DNA of 64,000 nucleotides from Eledone cirrhosa (Eukaryota), in assembly GCA_964016885.1 (NCBI GenBank), contig OZ024742.1:4216001-4280000 (forward strand), given 5' to 3'. Shown one piece after another: positions 56,636 through 64,000 of the stretch. Below the pieces are notes generated by a model that worked only from the letters and a program-made list of their open reading frames with translations, searched no databases and had not been told where the DNA came from. A program made the position numbers and the translations under genes. Position 1 is the stretch's first letter, and each line of letters starts with the position of its first letter.

Positions 56636-59600
56636 ATGACCTCACTCAGAATAGGCAGCATAAATGCGCGTGGCTTGGGGTCGTCATTGAAGCAGGGTCA
56701 CCTGCTCAACGACCTCAGGTCACTAAACATAGATGTAGTGGCCATCGGCGAGACCAGAATCTCCGAAGCACGGGCCTTCGCACCGATCTTCGGCGGCTAC
56801 GATGTGTAGGCATCTCCCAGCCGTCCTGGATCGGGAGGAGGAGTTGCTGTGCTTTTTCGGAGAGGTTTGGATCTCGCCATACGGGCCATCTTCCTGGACC
56901 TAGAGGGTAAGTTGGTGGTGCTGGACGTGACCAGCGGAGACGGGCAAGCTTTCAGGCTAGTGGCCGTCTATGCCCCGACAGGAGCAGGGCGGCCTGATTT
57001 CTTCCGGCGTCTGGAGACCTTTCTCGGATGTCCCGCTCTTTAGTGTTAGTGGGCGACTGGAACGGGATCTTAGATGCACGCTGGGACTGTGTGGGATTAG
57101 CGGATAGGAGTGGAGGGTGCAAGAGCCTCACCAACCTGCTCAGGCGTTTTGAACTGTCTGACAGGTACCGATTGGATTTCCCGAATGTGCGAATGTGGAC
57201 TTGGACAAATCGCATAGGGTCATCCAGATCATATCTAGATAGAGTATTTTGTAGGGAAATAGATAGGTCTAGCATAGGCTGTCCACAATTCAAGATAGTC
57301 AGCTACACGGACCACAAATTTGTGATCTGTGTGCTTGACTTAGATAGGCTTCATAGACGAGGACCCGGCTACTGGAAGCTAAACGCGTCCTTACCAGCGC
57401 GCAAGGCCTACAGAGACCGGATTAGCGAACTAGTTAAGCGGGCGTTGACGGGGGCCATCGTTAACAACAAGTGGTGGTTTGCTCTGAAAAGAGCGATTAG
57501 AATAGAATCCATTAGGTTTAGTAAGGCTTTAGCAATAGAGAAAAATAGAACAGAGGGAGAACTAGTTAGAAAATTAGACGAGGCGGTTAGCAAAGTCATC
57601 GCAACCGACGTACTTGCGGCGAAATTGGCCCTTGACCAATTCTTCAATGCAAAGCACGAAGGCTGCGTTGTCTGAGCTAGGGTGCGTGCTCTCAGACACG
57701 AGGGGACGAAAGCCGTTCAATGGGCCCGAGTGTCGGAGGCGCGTCGTGGAAACAAACCCACGATCCGGTCTTTGGTGGACCACGACGGGCGCATGCTACT
57801 CGATCCCGGGAAAATGTGTGAAGCTTTTCAGCGACACTTCGCTCAGATGTTCGTGGACAGCGGTGGGCCGGGTCGAGGGATGGACTTTAGTGTCTACCTC
57901 GACGGACTGCCGCGGCTCTCGGCCACTGAGGCGGAGTGTTGCGAAAAGCCGATAACAGCCGCTGAAGTTCGGGAGGCAATTACTGGCTGCACAAGGGGTA
58001 AATCGCCTGGTTTGGATGGTCTGCCCTATGAACTTTACGTACAGATGCCAGACTTGTTCGGAGGCCTCTTGGCGGACGTCTACTGCAACTGGCAACAGAA
58101 GGGGAGAATTCCCAGCTCTGTGAGCCGAGGAGCGGTGGCACTGCTGAGAAAGGATCCGAACAAGGGGCATAACATAGATAATTTCAGGCCCATAACCCTG
58201 CTAAACACAGAGTTCAAGCTTTTGGCCAAGGTGCTAGCAAATAGGTTGGCGCTTGTCGTTGGTGGTCTTGTGGGAGAGGCGCAGACATGCGCCATTCCCG
58301 ACAGATCCATCCACGACAACCTCCACCTCATGCGATACATCGTAGAGAGGGTAGCTAGGAACCTGGAACGGGTGGGTCTTGAACAATTTAGATTAGTCGA
58401 AAGCTTTCGATAGGGTCGACCATCGTTACCTAGCGGCAGTCCTGAGGGCGCCTGGCTTTGGGCCCGTATTCAGAGGCTGGATCGCTGCCATGCACAGCGA
58501 CATCTGCTCTCGGTCCGCCAGGGATGTCCCCTCTCGTCCCTCTTGTAGGTATTGACTCTCGAGCCATTACTGCACAAACTGGAGACGTTGAGGGGCGTCC
58601 CGCGCGAACTAGGATGCGGAAGATCCGTGTCAGCATATGCGGACGATGTTACCGTAGTGGTGTCGAACGCCAAACACATCGAGGCGATCGGCACTGCACT
58701 AAGAGAATACGAAGCGGTGACAGGAGCAATGATCAACCAGGAAAAGTCAGTGGGCCTGCAGCTCGGCACCTGGAGTGGCAGCTCCATGTCGTCCAAGAGC
58801 GTCGTCGGACGCTGGACGGACGAACCGGTTAAATTGCTAGGGGTCTGGTTCGGTCCGGACCTCAAGACGGACAAAATCTGGGACGAGGTGACGAGCAGAG
58901 TGGCTTCTCTCACCCAGAAATAGGCCGAGAGGAAGCTATCCCTGAAAGGTCGAGCGGAGGTGGCTAACGCGTACATCGCGTCTGTCATCTGCTACCGCCT
59001 GACCGTCGTACCTTGTCCTCAGCCCCGCCTGACTGCGCTGGAGCGTTTGCTCTTTCGCTTTTTGTGGAAGGGACCCGCTACGTGGAGGGCTGGGAATGCC
59101 GTGGCTGATGATGCGCAGACACGCGCTCAGGCTACGACATCTCCACCTCTTCCTCGACGGTGATCAGGTGTGGTTGCCGTTTGCTAGACACGTATTTCCC
59201 CAGCTCGTCTCCTTGACGGAGCTGCAGTCCTGGGTCAAGCGAAGACCGAGAGGGAGCGCCTGGAGACTGGAATGTCTTCAGGCGCTCACAGCCCTTCGAC
59301 CAATCGGGCAATGTGATCGGTGGAAACTCCACCTCGGCGTTCTATAGAGGATTAGTGGAGGGGAAGAGCGACGACGTACTTGGGGAAACTCTAGGCGTCG
59401 ACGAAAATCAACTAGCCAATCTCTTCGGAAGAACTTTCGGGCCGGGACCTATGGACAACTTCCAGAAATCTCTGGTCTGGCAGTGCTACCGAGGAGCCTT
59501 GCCAGTTCGGGATAAACTCTACAGGCATGGAGGTGCCGTCAGCCGGGCATGTCCGAGATGCGCGCAGGGCGACGAAACCGTCCTGCACGCACTCGTCCAG

Positions 59601-59820
59601 TGTCCGAAAATTGCTAACTTGTGGGTTTATGTCGAACACCTGCTGTCGCGTGTAGGACGGATCCGGCTATCATCTGAGTCCATCGTGAAAAGGAAAATCA
59701 TTTGAAAAGGAAAATCAGGGTAGAGAGGGAAGTGCTCTCTTCCAGCATTTTGTTGAAAGATGGGTGAGAGAAGCAAGAATGACCCGAGTGAATGGGCCTA
59801 CTCTGAGTACGTATCTTTAA
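56636..59820 (+). pseudogene. Tx1-like ORF2 (APE-RT-Zn), multiply disrupted
   Basis: SINARGL, ETR, VYAP, GDWN, YLDR, TDH, GPGYWKLN, KSPGLDGLPYE, FRPITLLN, KAFDRV, RQGCPLSPLL, AYADD, GGLGMP, CPRC..ETVLHALVQC. Stops at 56807, 57673 and 58921, several frameshifts, and apparent internal deletions (~58505, ~59070, ~59690). Confidence 0.92.
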
Positions 59821-60071
59821 ATTAAAGGTGGAAAACTGGGTGAGGGCACTTGCCTTGGTGGTCAGGGTCACTGTGGCCTTTTACTGGGCTTTCTCCACAA
59901 ATGTCCCTCCGAAGTCTCCCCCCTATTGGGGAATTTTTCATTGTTATTTTTTTGTTACATCCTCTGTTTTTGTTTTTTACACGCAGAAATGTCTATTTGT
60001 ACCGTCCTGTATTGTCCTGCACTGTCCTTAATGTCTACTTTATGTAAACCCTTGTGGTTAATAAAGGAAGC

Positions 60072-60140
60072 ATTATTATTATTATTAATATTATTATTAT
60101 TATTATTATTATCATCAATAATTATAATAATAATAATAAT
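60072..60140. repeat. Imperfect (ATT)n/(TAA)n tract at the 3' junction of the Tx1-like element
   Basis: Direct read. Confidence 0.9.
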
Positions 60141-60446
60141 TTTATAGTTGATATGCTGTGTCATAGCAATAACCATTAACTGACATATTTCTTGAAGGTC
60201 TCAATTGAGTATCGATCACCTTTGTTGCAGAAATAGCCTAGCAATTCCATAGATTAAAATCGTTTTAGTTTTTGTCGTTTGCTGGTTTTTTTATATTTTG
60301 TTTTCATCCCAATATCTTTATAACTATGGCGTGGACCTAGAAAATATTCTATGTGGGTTGTGGTCTTTAGAAATGGACAAAAATCTAATGATATATTAAT
60401 ATCTGAATGACATCAACGTGAATACAATAAAATTATTTTCTTAATC

Positions 60447-60646
60447 NNNNNNNNNNNNNNNNNNNNNNNNNNNNNNNNNNNNNNNNNNNNNNNNNNNNNN
60501 NNNNNNNNNNNNNNNNNNNNNNNNNNNNNNNNNNNNNNNNNNNNNNNNNNNNNNNNNNNNNNNNNNNNNNNNNNNNNNNNNNNNNNNNNNNNNNNNNNNN
60601 NNNNNNNNNNNNNNNNNNNNNNNNNNNNNNNNNNNNNNNNNNNNNN
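60447..60646. other. Assembly gap (200 N)
   Basis: Run of N with a round length, typical of a scaffolding join. Confidence 0.99.
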
Positions 60647-61240
60647 ACTGTGCAGATCTTAAGTAGAGTACTGTAACTACAATAGATAGAAGAAAAGCAA
60701 AACAAGGCTGCTCTTATCCAAGGTTCAATTGTGCAGTGAGAATACGCAATAAAAATGAAACAATTAAATAGCTACAATCAGATGTGATTGGTTTTCTAAA
60801 GGTAATATTTTATTTTTCTCAACGCGAACATTAATATCAGAAAACAATGAACGTCTTATTTCAGTTAAAATACGGCACAATTGAAGAACAGTAGCGAAGA
60901 ATTTAAAACTAATATTTATAAGCCAAAGACCTATGCCAGCATCAGAGGGCTGTCTGTGATTGTAACAGATGGCTTCACAGAAGAACTACAATTGTTTGGA
61001 AAAAGGGCATTGTAACTAACAAGAGTATACAATTCAGAAAACAAAAAATGTTTGGAGAGGGGGTAGCAATGGTGCCCTCAGTGGTGTTTCTTTCTAAAAA
61101 GACATGAACGATGTAATGTGGATGAGGTTGTAAATGAATTAAAAGCATTTCAGAAATAAATCATGATTATGAAGCGTTTGACCTGAGCAAGTGACCTATT
61201 TTGTCTCTCTTTTACTCTCGGCCTCTCTCTCGCTGTGTTT

Positions 61241-61242
<2 letters not shown>

Positions 61243-61310
<68 letters not shown>
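61243..61310. repeat. (CT)n microsatellite
   Basis: Direct read. Confidence 0.95.
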
Positions 61311-61313
<3 letters not shown>

Positions 61314-61449
61314 CGCGCTTCCTCTTTCTCTCGTTCCTTTTCTGTCTCTTACACACACACTCAGCATTTGCTCAGGTTAGACGAGTTATCAGGTTCTAAT
61401 ATTAGACAGGCAGATCAGACGAGGATATCTCACATACTTTAGCATCAAC

Positions 61450-61950
61450 TCCATGGCTGTATTCCCTTCCTAACGCCAACCAATTCTCGGCGTGTACGGG
61501 GTTCGTATTCTCATGGCACCACCACTAGCACATGATGGGTTGGACTGGGTTTTTTTTTCGTACCACAAGCACTAACTGTTATCAGTATGGACGTGGTGCA
61601 TTTTATGATGATTACAACATCACCACCGTTGTACAGGATGGACTAGGTCCTTTTATCGTGGAACTAGCACTTAATAGTATGGAATTGGTGCATATAATCA
61701 TGGCGCCTATGTTACCACTTTACAGAGTGTGATGAATGTATGTTATTGTAGCACCAGCACTATCATTTTAAAGAGAGTGCTGGCTGGTGGTTTATGGCAT
61801 TGCTTTATTCCTTTAAAGAGTGGGCTGGGCGCATTTTATAGTGACATCAGCATAAACCCCTTACAAAGTGGGCTGGGTGCATGTTATCTTGGTCAGCACT
61901 ACTAGCTTACAGGGTGGCTTGAATGTATTTTATCGTTACAGCAGTATTAA
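61450..61950 (+). repeat. SINE/LINE-tail fragment grading into a degenerate ~45-50-bp minisatellite
   Basis: GGCTGTATTCCCTTCCTAACGCCAACC followed by ~10 decayed units of approximately ACCACTTTACAGAGTGGACTGGGTGCATTTTATCGTGGCACCAGCACT. Confidence 0.6.
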
Positions 61951-62345
61951 AACCCATATTTGTTAAGAACTGTCTCGCTCATTACTAACTTAGATTCTTT
62001 TCTGACCATGGAGTTTGTTATTGAAGTAGGAAAACTTTGGATTTTACAGTTTTTAAAATAAATCCCAAGTTTAGTTTGTCTTAATCTCAAGGTAATGAGC
62101 ACAACAGAAGTCCGACGAGCTTTCGATTCCAGAGTCGGGCTAGATCAATACAAATCGAAACTTGAGCTCTTCAATAGCGAAACGCGCGTCACTACTCAAT
62201 AAACATAATGAAGACATACCAAATCGTCCTTTTCATTATTATTATTATTACACTCTGCTTAGTACTACACCTCTATACTTACTGGAAACTATGCATCGAG
62301 TCCTCACTCGAGTGAACCTACGTTAACTGGACGTTATAATCCTTG

Positions 62346-62404
<59 letters not shown>

Positions 62405-62409
<5 letters not shown>

Positions 62410-62646
62410 ATGATATTAATAAATGGAAAGTATATTTATAAAACCATATTTATTTTATTATATATATTTCAAGGGTACCGAAATTTTGGTACGCTCTCAT
62501 CAGATAAAATACAAAATTTGCTTTATAAATGTTGACATACCCAAGAAACCTGACCTGAACCTGAACCGATAAGGTCTGGTTTCTTAGGTATGTAAAATAA
62601 ATATGGTTTTATAAATATAGTTTCCATTTATTAATATCATTGATAT
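62405..62646. mobile_element. PLE pseudo-LTR remnant with inverted ends
   Basis: 62405-62457 is inverted at 62593-62646. Inner hairpin CATACCCAAGAAACC/GGTTTCTTAGGTATG. Contains a hammerhead and is flanked by (TA)n. Confidence 0.7.
62451..62511 (-). ncRNA. Minimal type I hammerhead ribozyme (PLE-type)
   Basis: Minus strand: TATTTTAT-CTGATGA-[GAGCGTACC aaaatttc GGTACCCTT]-GAAA-TATATA-TA-ATAAAATA, with an 8-bp stem I. Confidence 0.82.
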
Positions 62647-62729
62647 TATACTCCCGAAAAGCTGTAGAGTGCTTCGAATCTGTTATAAATAAATTTGTTG
62701 AATAACCAACAAATTAAATATCTCTTTGC

Positions 62730-62764
<35 letters not shown>

Positions 62765-62890
62765 TATATATAAGAAACACACGCACCAGTTGCTTTCACT
62801 TCAATTTATTATAATAAATTTATAAATTTAGGAATTTATATATTTCCGGTTGGTTGGTTGGTTCCAAAACCAGATGATTGTGTATATATT

Positions 62891-62933
62891 GTCAACGTTC
62901 TTTCGTCACACATTCTGTGACCTCTTCAGCGAC
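62891..62933 (-). ncRNA. Degenerate hammerhead 3' of the PLE ORF
   Basis: Minus strand: GTCG-CTGAAGA-G-GTCACA gaatg TGTGAC-GAAA-GAACG-TT-GAC. Stem III is imperfect. Confidence 0.55.
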
Positions 62934-63120
62934 TGGGGATTTTTTCTTTGTTTTTGTGCCTCTCCTTTGTTCTGTCCTACGCCATCTTGTTTTTGTGTGC
63001 GTTGTGTGCTTAGTTTGCGCATGTGTTACATCCGGGTGTCTGTGTGTGTTTATATTTGTTTATTTATTTGTTTACTGGTTGGTTGTTTGTTCTATGTGGG
63101 TGTGTGTTTTCATTTTGTCC

Positions 63121-64000
63121 TTAATTGTAAGTTGTGATGTTGCTGTTCCATTCATGTTTTCTATTTAATTTTGGTTGGAGTTCATTTATGTTTACTGCCT
63201 CTGTGATTTGTCTAAACATTGCGTCTTTTCTGTGTGTAGATTCTATTTTTATTTCTATGTTCTCTAATTTACCCTTATGTTCTATTTTAACATGTTGGTA
63301 GAGTACAGATGATTCTTTACTATCTTGAAGGTCTCGCCAGTGTTCATTTATCCGTTCCCCTATACTACGAGCTGTCTCACCTATGTACACTATATTCTTA
63401 TCTCTACATTGTCCTTCAGTACATCTTATGCTATATACTACATTTCTAGTTTTACAGTTAACATGGGGGCTTAATTTACAGATTATACATTTCTTATCAA
63501 TACAGGGAGGTCTTTGAAAAGGGTATGTATTGCTAATAAGTGTTTTTATGGAGGTACCTGGTCTTTCTACTATCTTAATATTGAGTTTATGTTTATCTAG
63601 GGCCCTTCTAAATTTGTAAGCTAATTCACCTCTAGGGGTTGTATCGATGAACATTACACTCTGGTATTTATTGCTATCATACCATGAGTTTATTCTATTA
63701 ACCTTATTCCTAGTTCTTTCTATTCTATTCCAAACTTTGCTCCTATACAAGGGGCAGGTCCAATTTGTGTCATTATATACCATTTTTTCTCATTTGGTTC
63801 TGGCTCCTCTATACACTCTGATTTTATCTCTCTGATTGTAACCAGAGAACTGCATACGGTGGATGAAGTGTTGTATGTGTCGCTCTAGTTCTTTGGGGTT
63901 GCACATGCAGGACACGTTTCTCATCATCCGTACCAAATCTGCAATCAGTATGTTGATTTTGGTATGGTCCGAAACAGCTGAGTTTGGGTGGATCAGATAT
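63121..64000 (-). pseudogene. Penelope-like element C-terminus (RT thumb, Cys linker, GIY-YIG), continues beyond the window
   Basis: HPNSA..KINILIADLVRMMRNVS..MQFSGY, one in-frame TGA at 63790-63792, then FIDTTPRGEL, KIVERPG, C-x4-C-x2-C-x7-C, NVVYSIRC..YIGETARSIGERINEH, QHVKIEH, EAVNI..LN. A different lineage from the 43-kb element. Confidence 0.9.

Larger units (their letters stand above)
54265..60071 (+). mobile_element. Full-span but decayed Tx1/L1-clade LINE
   Basis: 5' UTR, ORF1 with CCHC, ORF2 with APE, RT and Zn domain, AATAAA at 60060, (TTA)n on both flanks. Confidence 0.9.

Overview
Animal genomic DNA with no recognisable host gene; the SINE families and microsatellite density suggest a cephalopod/mollusc (inference). 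Bases 1-~35,908 are one head-to-tail array of a 50-bp satellite (~718 monomers, open at the window's left edge) with nested multi-kb segmental duplications. Its last monomer runs without a spacer into a decayed RTE-type LINE endonuclease. The monomer itself reads like that element's missing N-terminal 'TWNVRTL..GKLE' motif, so the satellite appears to have been born from the flanking LINE. The remaining 28 kb is retroelement debris among microsatellites: tRNA-type SINEs, two Penelope-like (PLE) GIY-YIG remnants, about nine minimal hammerhead-ribozyme motifs, several fold-back repeats, a near-intact R4/Dong-like RLE retrotransposon with a 5'-truncated twin in (TAA)n, a decayed Tx1-like LINE in (TTA)n, and a 200-N gap. 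Four hammerheads share a C·C mismatch at stem II position 4, and three carry a compensatory U3-A8 core. All calls were made by eye, so boundaries of decayed elements are approximate.
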